From contig JAFSID010000051.1 in the NCBI GenBank assembly GCA_017439965.1, forward strand, positions 33,232 through 97,231: a stretch of 64,000 nucleotides of DNA, in the 5' to 3' direction. The translations under genes and the position numbers were made by a program. Below, in pieces: positions 19,053 to 27,400 of this stretch. The notes below the pieces were generated by a model that saw only the letters and a list, made by a program, of their open reading frames with translations, was not told where the DNA came from and did no database searches. Source of the DNA: Clostridia bacterium (GTDB lineage: Bacteria; Bacillota; Clostridia; Oscillospirales; SIG627). Each line of letters opens with the position of its first letter. Within the stretch, counting starts at the first letter, position 1.

Positions 19053-19084
19053 CGGTCTCGGTTTTTCCGAGACCGTCTTTTGTA
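19053..19084 (+). terminator. intrinsic terminator ending the 19-kb plus-strand cluster
   Basis: cggtctcgg-ttttt-ccgagaccg stem-loop followed by tcttttgt. Confidence 0.65.
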
Positions 19085-19180
19085 TGAAATCAGCTTTTGA
19101 GCAATATTGTCCAAGCAATAGTCAAATAAAGTCATTGATTTTTTCGTTTTCATAATATATTATATTATTGAGGTGAAACT

Positions 19181-19969
19181 ATGAAGCTTTTTATTATGAC
19201 GGATATTGAGGGAATATCGGGTCTCGACAGAATAGAAATGTTGGGAGCCGACCCCGAGGGCTATGAAAGGGCAAGAAAATATCTTATGGCTGACATAAAT
19301 GCAGCCGTTTCGGGTGCGTTTGATGGAGGTGCCGACGAGGTTTGTATTCTTGACGGACACGGCACGGGACTTAACTTCATTAAAGAAGAGCTTGACCCTC
19401 GCGTGCATCAGCTTACCGTCGAGGAATATTTCAAGACCGCTCCTGAGAGCTGGGATATAGATGCGTTTATCTCTATCGGCGCTCACGCTATGGCAGGTAC
19501 GGAAAAAGCCTTCCTTGACCACACGCAAAGCTCTGTTGCCTGGTTTGACTATAAAATTAACGGAAAAAGCTACGGCGAAATAGGTCAGCAGGCGGTGTTC
19601 TTCGGACTATCCGATATACCACTTATTATGGTCTCGGGAGACGAGGCGGCGTGTCACGAAGCCAAGACGTTTGTGTCAGGTGTTGTAACCGCCTCCGTAA
19701 AGAAGGCTTGCGGAAGAAACCACGCTGAATGTATACCGCTTGAAGAGGCACACGCGCTTATTTATAACGCAGTTAAAAAGGCTGTTTTGGGCTGGCGTGA
19801 CGTTAAGCCCGTAAAGGTTTTTCCACCTTACGAGCTTGAGGTTGTATTCACCCGCAACGATTATTGTGACAGTGCAATCGGGCGTGACCCGTCTCTTGAA
19901 AGGGAGGGCAGAAGGGTTGTACGCCGACTCGATAAGATTACCTGCTCGCTCGATATGGAATGGTTTTAA
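19181..19969 (+). CDS. M55-family D-aminopeptidase (DppA-like)
   Basis: MKLFIMTDIEGISG N-terminus and overall length typical of peptidase M55. GAGGTG RBS. Confidence 0.7.
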   Translation: MKLFIMTDIEGISGLDRIEMLGADPEGYERARKYLMADINAAVSGAFDGGADEVCILDGHGTGLNFIKEELDPRVHQLTVEEYFKTAPESWDIDAFISIGAHAMAGTEKAFLDHTQSSVAWFDYKINGKSYGEIGQQAVFFGLSDIPLIMVSGDEAACHEAKTFVSGVVTASVKKACGRNHAECIPLEEAHALIYNAVKKAVLGWRDVKPVKVFPPYELEVVFTRNDYCDSAIGRDPSLEREGRRVVRRLDKITCSLDMEWF

Positions 19970-19980
19970 CGGAGGACGGA

Positions 19981-21009
19981 ATGAAAAGGCTTATTATAAC
20001 GGGGGACAGTATATCCTATAACCGACACGGCTTTGATGATACTCCGAGGGCAGATGCCTCCGACTGTCATATTGGTATGGATTCCTGGAGCTTCCGCTTA
20101 AGAAAGGATTTTATTACCTCTTCGGTTGATTTTGAGTACGCCGACGGGCTTGAGTTTTCCGAAAGGACCGTTTCGGGTCTCGGAGACAAAACTGATATTG
20201 CCGATGCGATTTTCGGGTCTCGTGTTGTGACTGTTACTCCCGAGAATGACAGCGTGCATTTTACTGCCCGTTCGTCAACGGGTAAGCTTGCGCTGTATTT
20301 TCAGTGCCGTCCGCATAATTATTGCTCCTTTACCGTTACGGTTGACGGTAATTCAAAAAGGGCAGATACCTACGGAGATCCCGACTTTTATTTCGGATAC
20401 GCTCTTTTGACCGTGGAAATTGATTGTGATAAGAATAAGCTGTCTCACGAGGTCGTTTTGTCCGACTTTGAGTATACCGAGCTCACGCCTCTTGTAACCC
20501 TCGCGGGAGTCAGCGGAGAGGCTAAATACGCCCATATAACAGGGCAGGGAAGCCGTACCGTAAAATTTCTTCTTTATCATTTTGAAAAGAGGGTTGCCGA
20601 CCTTTCGCCCGACGCTCTCGTTCTGACTCTTGGCGGAAACGATTTCGTTTTCTATTCGGCTGAGGATTACCGCCTTTATCTCGGTAGATTTTTTGAGCTG
20701 ATGAGAGAGCGCTTTCCTGATTGCCGTATCGTTACCGCCACCGTTCCGCCATCCGCTAAGCCCTCTTATCCCATTCGCAATATGACCTTTGAGAGCGATG
20801 CTGAATTTAATACGGAGCTTGAGAAATACAACGTCGTTATGAAGGAGCTGTCTCTGAAATATAACGCAAAATGTATCGACCTTACAAGGCTTTTCGACGG
20901 AATTTCACCGTCCGTCTGGCGTTACGATTCCGTCCACCTTTCTCCAAAGGGGAACGAAATGCTTTACGGAGCGGTAGTAAATGAATTATTCAACAAAAAG
21001 GAGCTGTGA
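19981..21009 (+). CDS. SGNH/GDSL-family hydrolase
   Basis: LIITGDSIS (block I), LTLGGND (block III), DSVHLS (block V). Start at ATG 19981 behind GGAGGA. Confidence 0.75.
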   Translation: MKRLIITGDSISYNRHGFDDTPRADASDCHIGMDSWSFRLRKDFITSSVDFEYADGLEFSERTVSGLGDKTDIADAIFGSRVVTVTPENDSVHFTARSSTGKLALYFQCRPHNYCSFTVTVDGNSKRADTYGDPDFYFGYALLTVEIDCDKNKLSHEVVLSDFEYTELTPLVTLAGVSGEAKYAHITGQGSRTVKFLLYHFEKRVADLSPDALVLTLGGNDFVFYSAEDYRLYLGRFFELMRERFPDCRIVTATVPPSAKPSYPIRNMTFESDAEFNTELEKYNVVMKELSLKYNAKCIDLTRLFDGISPSVWRYDSVHLSPKGNEMLYGAVVNELFNKKEL

Positions 21010-21043
21010 AAACTCAAACCGGAGTTTTTACAGCTCTTTTTTT
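21001..21043. terminator. bidirectional terminator between convergent genes
   Basis: 15-bp stem gagctgtgaaaactc / gagtttttacagctc (one G:U pair) followed by a T7 run. Confidence 0.55.
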
Positions 21044-21046
21044 GTT

Positions 21047-22402
21047 TTATTCGTCTGTGTACCACGGTAGGTCCTTTTCGGAATCGGCATAATTTACCGT
21101 GAGTTTTTTATTTTTTAGAAATGGAATAATTTCCTTTTCGGTAAATTCAACGGACGCATAGCCGTCTAAATCAAGAGAGCTTTTATCACCGAAAAGAATA
21201 ACGTATGATGGACGCTCTATTCTTTCACCGTAAACGTTGTATCTTGCATCAATGAGATAAACGCTGTCAATTTGAGCATAGGTATAGGTTGCTTTGTCAA
21301 ATTTGACGCTCTCTTCATAAAATCTGACGTTTGACTTGACTGTCATAACGGCAAATAATCCTGAGATTGCAACGGAAATGAGGAACAATATGACGAGAAA
21401 TATTTTGAGAGGCTTTGGTATCAGAATGTCAGTAATGCGTTTTCTTTCTGCCTTATGAATGCTTTTGCTGGGGAGATATGCAAAAAAGAGCATTCCGCCG
21501 ACTACCGAGCAAAGACCCGAGAATAAAAAGCCTGAGTACCACGGCGCAGCTAAATAAATTACAGTACCGATTGAAGCAATTGAATTGTAAACGGCAAAAA
21601 AACCGCAAAACAATGCCGAAAAAACAACAAAGCATAATGCAAACGCCTTTAAAAGAGAGGTGTGCGAGATAACAGCGTTTGCCGTTGATGTGTCGCAAGA
21701 AGGGTCAAAGGCGTTAAACTCTTGGTCTTTTGAGTTGACAATGTGATCAATCAAGTCTTTTTCGTATTCCGTAAGCTTATTTTGCTTTCTTAATTTTTCA
21801 TATTTTACCAAAGCCTTGTCCGTGTCTTTTTTTAGTAGCAGTGCATACGGTGTAAAATAGGAATATCTTGAAAAAACGTATTCATCACGTGCTTTTTGAA
21901 GAGCCAAAAAGTATGAATGGGAAAAATCGTTGGGATTATCAATTTTTTTGAAATCAATATCCTTGGGCTTAAGCTTATAAATGCTTCTGTAATTCTGAAA
22001 CAGAGAATCGGACAAAACGGTATCGTCTGATAGAAACGGCTCTATTTGTGAAAGAATCAATTCAAGAGCTTCAACAAGGCTCACAAAACAGTTTTTCAGC
22101 CTTTCGGGACTTTCAATATGCCAAAAATAACAGGATTTAAAGGATTTATCCTTCAGAAAAGGTATTATGTCTGTCAGGTGATAGTAGACAACGCTGTTTT
22201 TTCTCAGCTTTATAACGCAGTAAAGTGAGCTTGCCTTAAAGCCGCCGTACTCTTTTTTTACGTATCTGAATTCCACAACGTAGCCGTACAGCTCGATTTT
22301 GTATTTGCAAAGCTTTTTGGAATCCTCTACGGTGTCACATATAGTGTTGCTTTTGGTTTCGGAATACTTTTTGCAAAGAATAATAAATTCGTTTGCGAGC
22401 AT
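21047..22402 (-). CDS. hypothetical membrane protein (soluble N-domain, about 4 TM helices, C-terminal domain)
   Basis: Low-GC ORF. Start placed at MLANEF (AAGGAGAAG RBS). The ORF track extends it to 22516. Confidence 0.5.
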   Translation of the reverse strand: MLANEFIILCKKYSETKSNTICDTVEDSKKLCKYKIELYGYVVEFRYVKKEYGGFKASSLYCVIKLRKNSVVYYHLTDIIPFLKDKSFKSCYFWHIESPERLKNCFVSLVEALELILSQIEPFLSDDTVLSDSLFQNYRSIYKLKPKDIDFKKIDNPNDFSHSYFLALQKARDEYVFSRYSYFTPYALLLKKDTDKALVKYEKLRKQNKLTEYEKDLIDHIVNSKDQEFNAFDPSCDTSTANAVISHTSLLKAFALCFVVFSALFCGFFAVYNSIASIGTVIYLAAPWYSGFLFSGLCSVVGGMLFFAYLPSKSIHKAERKRITDILIPKPLKIFLVILFLISVAISGLFAVMTVKSNVRFYEESVKFDKATYTYAQIDSVYLIDARYNVYGERIERPSYVILFGDKSSLDLDGYASVEFTEKEIIPFLKNKKLTVNYADSEKDLPWYTDE

Positions 22403-22524
22403 CGGTTTGCTTCTCCTTGATATACTATTTGAACTAACAAATATATTATCACAATACAGCTTGTATTTCAAGAGATACAGTGATAAAAAGCGTATATCTG
22501 ACGTCACCGCATTCAAGCCTTGTT

Positions 22525-23529
22525 TTACGGACCCATAAAGGATATTAAATCGTAGCCCTTTTCCTCGCCGACTTTCATCATATATTCCATTCTGTATATG
22601 AATCTGTTATAGAAATCAATCAGAAGCTCAGGCTCCGTATGTTTTTTCAATTCATCGGAAAACTCATTTTCCGTTCCCGAGGATAAGACCTTTACGGTTT
22701 CCTTTACGTCGTTTAAAACGCTTTTCATTGATTCAAAGGTGAAAAAGTTATCTGTTAAATACCATTCAAAGCCACTTATTCTTGATACCTGCTCGTTGCC
22801 GTCATCGTCTATATATTTATACTCTATTCGGTTTTTATTGGCTTCAAGCTCGTCGTCAAAGTACTTGTATAGAAAAGGAGTGAGATATTTGGAAACGTCA
22901 TACTCCTCAATTGATATTTCCGAGCTTCTCATTTTGGCTACGTTGGATGTGTTGCCCGTATCCGAGCTGTCAATGATTCTTACGGGCATTATCCAAAAAT
23001 ACGACGAGCCGTCGTGACCGTCAACTATTTTAATTTCTTTTTTGAAAATATCTCTACCCATTATCGACAAGCAAAGCCTTTTGATTTGCGCAATCACTCG
23101 GGGGTTAGACGTCGCATTCGCCGTTGCGTTGTCAAGTAGCTCCCTGATTCTCTCAAAAGACTTATGAGGTATATCCGAATCCCGTAATAATCTGTGGATT
23201 GCGTTTCTTATTTCATAGTCCGAAAAGTACCTGGGGTAATCCTCCTCGAGTAAAGCCATCATATCTCCGATGTCTAATTGACTGGTAGGACATAATCTCA
23301 TAAAAGCGGTTGCTTTTTTGGGGAATATACCGTTCATTACGCCCATAAGCTCTTCCCGAGTGACCTCATCATAATTTTGTATTGTAATGTGGTCGTTTCC
23401 ACAATTCCGGTACTTTATCCAATAGCCCCCTGAGTAGCTGTAAACGTAATAAATGTATCCGTTGTGAGTTATGAGAATCATATTCTCCTGAAAAAATTTT
23501 ACCGCTTCAAAACCGTCAAACAGCTTCAT
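22525..23529 (-). CDS. hypothetical cytoplasmic protein (about 334 aa)
   Basis: Low-GC ORF with no motif I recognise. ATG 23529 lies behind a GGGTGA RBS. Confidence 0.5.
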   Translation of the reverse strand: MKLFDGFEAVKFFQENMILITHNGYIYYVYSYSGGYWIKYRNCGNDHITIQNYDEVTREELMGVMNGIFPKKATAFMRLCPTSQLDIGDMMALLEEDYPRYFSDYEIRNAIHRLLRDSDIPHKSFERIRELLDNATANATSNPRVIAQIKRLCLSIMGRDIFKKEIKIVDGHDGSSYFWIMPVRIIDSSDTGNTSNVAKMRSSEISIEEYDVSKYLTPFLYKYFDDELEANKNRIEYKYIDDDGNEQVSRISGFEWYLTDNFFTFESMKSVLNDVKETVKVLSSGTENEFSDELKKHTEPELLIDFYNRFIYRMEYMMKVGEEKGYDLISFMGP

Positions 23530-23545
23530 TACAATCACCCTTTCG

Positions 23546-23926
23546 TTAAGTTACGCTCAAGACGTTTTTTAAGTCTTCGGCAAATTCCTTTGTTGCTCTT
23601 CTGTCCGATGAGGTCCGTCCCCACCATTCCCAACCCTCCGCAATTTCCTCGTAGCTAATAATCTTCAATATACTTGGCTTGAAAATCCGTTGAGCTCTGA
23701 TGTTTTCAAGACAGTTAACGGGAATCCATTCAACCACGATTCTGCCAAATCTGTTTCGGCCGATTACGCCGATAGAATCACTTTCGCCGTCCCAAGCCTT
23801 GCCTCCTAAATAGACCTTTGTACCCGGCGTAAACGGCTTCGTTCCGCGATACACGTTTCCGTCCTCACCGATGTGGTATTCGGTTATGTTTGCAACCACG
23901 CCAAATCTCCAGTCTTTGTTTTCCAT
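23546..23926 (-). CDS. hypothetical protein (126 aa)
   Basis: First gene of the three-gene minus-strand operon. The next gene begins 16 nt (ATG 23529) or 7 nt (ORF-track GTG 23538) after its stop. Confidence 0.5.
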   Translation of the reverse strand: MENKDWRFGVVANITEYHIGEDGNVYRGTKPFTPGTKVYLGGKAWDGESDSIGVIGRNRFGRIVVEWIPVNCLENIRAQRIFKPSILKIISYEEIAEGWEWWGRTSSDRRATKEFAEDLKNVLSVT

Positions 23927-24046
23927 ATTTTCACCCCGCTTTTGCTTTTTCTTGAGTTAATTCTAACACGGAATGTGTACTAAAAACTGTACAGTAAACG
24001 GCAAAAGCCTCCCCGAGCTTCAAATCCTTGCGATAAAAATAACGAG

Positions 24047-24093
24047 GATAGGATTTGAAGCTACGACATCCTGCTTCAAAGCAGGCACGCTTA
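24047..24093 (-). pseudogene. degenerate tRNA-Pro-like fragment (anticodon arm to T arm only)
   Basis: About 85 percent identical to 58651-58697 of the intact tRNA-Pro. It lacks the D arm and acceptor stem, and its anticodon loop is shortened. Confidence 0.55.
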
Positions 24094-24114
24094 AGATTGT
24101 TTTAACAAAAAAAT

Positions 24115-24148
24115 AAAGAGTCCGTAGTCAAGCATCTACGAACTCTTT
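24115..24148 (-). terminator. intrinsic terminator of the tRNA-Pro/tRNA-Val operon (pre-integration context)
   Basis: 13-bp stem aaagagtccgtag / ctacgaactcttt with one mismatch, followed on the minus strand by a U-run (plus-strand A-run 24105-24113). Confidence 0.55.
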
Positions 24149-24149
24149 A

Positions 24150-24194
24150 TGGTGGAGACAACTGGAATCGAACCAGTGACCTCTTGCATGTCAA
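24150..24194. repeat. attL: 45-bp copy of the tRNA-Val 3' end
   Basis: Identical to 58563-58607. Confidence 0.9.
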
Positions 24195-24257
24195 CTGTGA
24201 GGTGTATTTTTAGGATACACCCTAAAATATAGCGTTTTTTTAAGATATTTTAAAATC

Positions 24258-24280
24258 AAATTACCGACTTTTTACCGACT
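24258..24280. repeat. arm-type site pair (TTACCGAC x2), attL arm
   Basis: The 23-mer aaattaccgactttttaccgact is identical to 58425-58447. Confidence 0.6.
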
Positions 24281-24380
24281 AATATGATGCAAAATAATTG
24301 TAAAAACAAGCCTCCGAGGGAAGAACTACCCGTTGCGAGCTGCCAGAGAACAGCTTTACCTTCCTTAGCCACGCTAAAAA

Positions 24381-24403
24381 AACGGTAGGAAGCTCCTACC
24401 GTT
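24381..24403 (-). terminator. intrinsic terminator of the prophage late operon
   Basis: Hairpin aacggtagga-agc-tcctaccgtt flanked by A7 and T7 runs, directly after the TAG stop of the 2,477-aa ORF. Confidence 0.75.
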
Positions 24404-24408
24404 TTTTT

Positions 24409-27400
24409 CTATTGCCTTGTTGGAAAATTGTATTCTCTTTTAGGCAGATTAAATTTTCTCTCGGGGAGATTGTATTTCGGCTGTGTGCCGCTCTCCGAGG
24501 CTTTGCCGTCATTGAAGGCTTGAGCGATTCCCGAGGCATAATCGCCGTAGGGATTATTTTTCACCGAGCTTGAGCCCGTGGCTATCTGCCACAGAGCCGC
24601 CTTCTGCTGAACCGTTAGTGATATTTCGTTATCCCCTCCCGGCAAGACAAAGCCGTAGTCCGTCGGAAACAGACCGTCAATGGCTTTCTGGTATTCGGCG
24701 GCGGAATAGCTGCCGTTACCGTTCGTATCGTACTCGCTCATATTAAGCTTGAGAGCGGTAAACGCCTTCAAGGGAACGTTATTATCGTAGCAGAGGTCGA
24801 GCTTCTTGCTTTGAGCTTCCTCAGTGACAAGAGCCTTGAGAGCCTCAAGAGTCGTTTCCTCGGGATAGCCTGCCTGAGCTACCGCATCCCACTTCTGAGC
24901 CTGCGACACACTCGTTTTATCACCGAGAGGCTCAAGGCTTACTATCGCGCGGGTAAGAGAGGTACACACGCTGTCCGAAAGACCTGCGCCCGCAAGCTTA
25001 TCGTAGGTCGTTTTTGCCGAGCCCTTTGAGGTCAGCTCAGGATTTACAGCCTCAGCCGCCATCGTATAGGCAAAGTCAAGGCGGTCAGCATCATCGGATA
25101 TACTGTCAGCCTCACCGTAAAAGCCCTCTCCCTCTCTTCTGAAAGTATCCTGACCGTCGAGAGCCTTTTTATAAAGCTCGTTTCTCAATGCATATTGAGC
25201 CTCAAGCATTTCCTTTTTCTCCTTGTCGGAAACGGAGCCGTCCGCCTCGATGCGACGGATCTCCCTGTTAATCTCCTTGAGGAGTGTATCCTGCTTTGAC
25301 CAATAGCGAGACATAAGCTCGTAGGTCGGCGTTGCATCGGTACCGTTGGCTGAGTATTCAGCATCCTTTTTAGCCTCGTAATACCTGTCGGTATAAGCAT
25401 TCGACGGCAAGGTATTAAGCGTGAAATTAGCCGAGAAAATATTATTTTCCGCCGCAGGAGTCATCATAGGAAGAACAACGTCTGCAAGCACACCGCCGTA
25501 CTGGTTAAGCAAATAGTTAATCTTTTTCGGGCTCAGCCTGAGAGTCCGTCCGAGCCATTTGCTTACCTCGTCGGTTCTTGCGTCGTACCTCTCGGCAACG
25601 GGCAAGCTCTGTAAGGACTGCGACTCAATATCCGAGCCGTACCAGGTCTCACCGGGGTTCTCGTCATCAAACAGCTTTGCCTGTACCAAGGGCATAAAGA
25701 AGTTATTCGTCAAGGGATTTGCGGGGCCTATCTGATTCACAATGTGAGAGGCGACGCCCTTAACGTCAAAGCCCTCTCCCCCAAAGGCATCCGCTACCTC
25801 GTCGGCAGTATAGCCGAGTGCGGAGTAGAATCTGCCTCGCGGTATCTTTATCCACTTTCCGTCATCGTACTTGAAAAGGAAGTAATTTGCCTTATCCTCC
25901 TCACGCACCGCCTCCCAGTCCTCGTCATCCGAGTAAAGAAGTGCGTTAAGTGCAAACGGCGCAAGTCCTAAAATTGCGGTTTTTGTGATAAGCCTGAACC
26001 AATCCTTATACCCCTTCGTCTCGGAAAGATTTCGGATTATCTTGTCAAAGCCCTGTATACTCGGATTCCAGAACGGAACGGCATAGGTATTAAGCGCCTT
26101 GCTCCACTGACCGCTTCTGCCGAAATTGGTTGTAATTTCGGCGGCGTTATACATAGCCTCGGCAAGAACGTCGGTCGAGGCGTTTTCCAAGCCTCCGTTT
26201 TTATTGACGGTAGCGATAAATTCGGCAAGTCGGGGAAGCTGCTCGATAAAGCTGCTTACCGCCTCAACCTTATCAAGACCTTTTTTGATAAGACCCGTAT
26301 TTTCGTCTATCATCCCCGTCGAATAGTCGTAATTGGAATTGTGAAGTCCGCCGAGTGCCTGATACCTTTTCCAGTATTCTCCGTTATTGGCAATTTCCGA
26401 AATTGCGGTAGGATAGGCTTTTGCAAACTCCGAAAGGTCCTTGGAATTGATTCCCGCATCCTGAATATCCTTTACGCCGTTTCGTATCCAGAAGGCAGGG
26501 TTATAGCCCGTGATAAGACGTTTGTACACGTTGTTTGCGGCTGCAAGTCCGCGCAGTCCCAAATTGCTTGAGTTGGGCTTGGGCGTAAGCGCCGACACCG
26601 CCTCAAACAGCGAATCGTTGACCTCAAGCTCCCATTTCTTGCCCTTGTTATAGACGGAGAAAACGTTCGCCGTGTTAAGCTCCTCGATTCCCGCTTCTTC
26701 ATCAATATAGCTGCTCGGGTTAAAATCCGCTCCCGCCTCGGCGATGCTCGTGATATACCTCTTGGTCTCGGGCATATTGGCATAGCGGAAGAGCCTCATA
26801 CCGAAGCGGTTCTTCGTTCCCTCTCGGACTACCTTCTCAGTGAGCTTGGATAGTGCCTGCTCAAGCTCCATCAGAGTTGACGTGCCTCCCGTTGCCCTGC
26901 CGATAGCCGTGCTTGTGTCGGCTCTGTTGAGCTGTCTGCGCGAGCCCGTGTGTTCGGTGACGCGGTAGGTCGGAACGTAATGAGGGTAAACCGATTTAAG
27001 ATAATCGGCGTCCTCCTGTGTTATAAGTCCCGAATCAACACGGTACTTCATCAGATTGTCAATGTATCCGTATACCTCTTGTGCAAGAGCCTCAAATTCG
27101 GGATGCTCGTCAAGCAGGTCTTGTACTGCCTGCTCGCTTCTTTCTGCCGTTATGAGCTCGCCGTTTTCATCGGCACCGAAAACAGACTTGTTCTGTCTGC
27201 CCGACAAGGTGTCTCGGTTATTGAGAAGCTCTACGTATTCCGCCGCAATATCTGACAATACATCATTGGGATTATACGCCATATTGCGAAGCGTTGCATC
27301 GTCGAGCATGCTTATTTCGGGGTGCCTTATCCTGAAGTCTCTGACCGCCTCCGCCGCCTCTTGTATTGCCCTCTCGTTGCGGTATGACATTCGGGATATG

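Noticed and set aside
24195-24240. Hairpin ggtgtat-ttttagg-atacacc next to the attL core as a possible small RNA or tRNA fragment.
   Set aside because: The 7-bp stem is too short, and there are no flanking promoter or terminator signals. It is more likely an incidental or Int/IHF-related att feature, with not enough evidence to call it.
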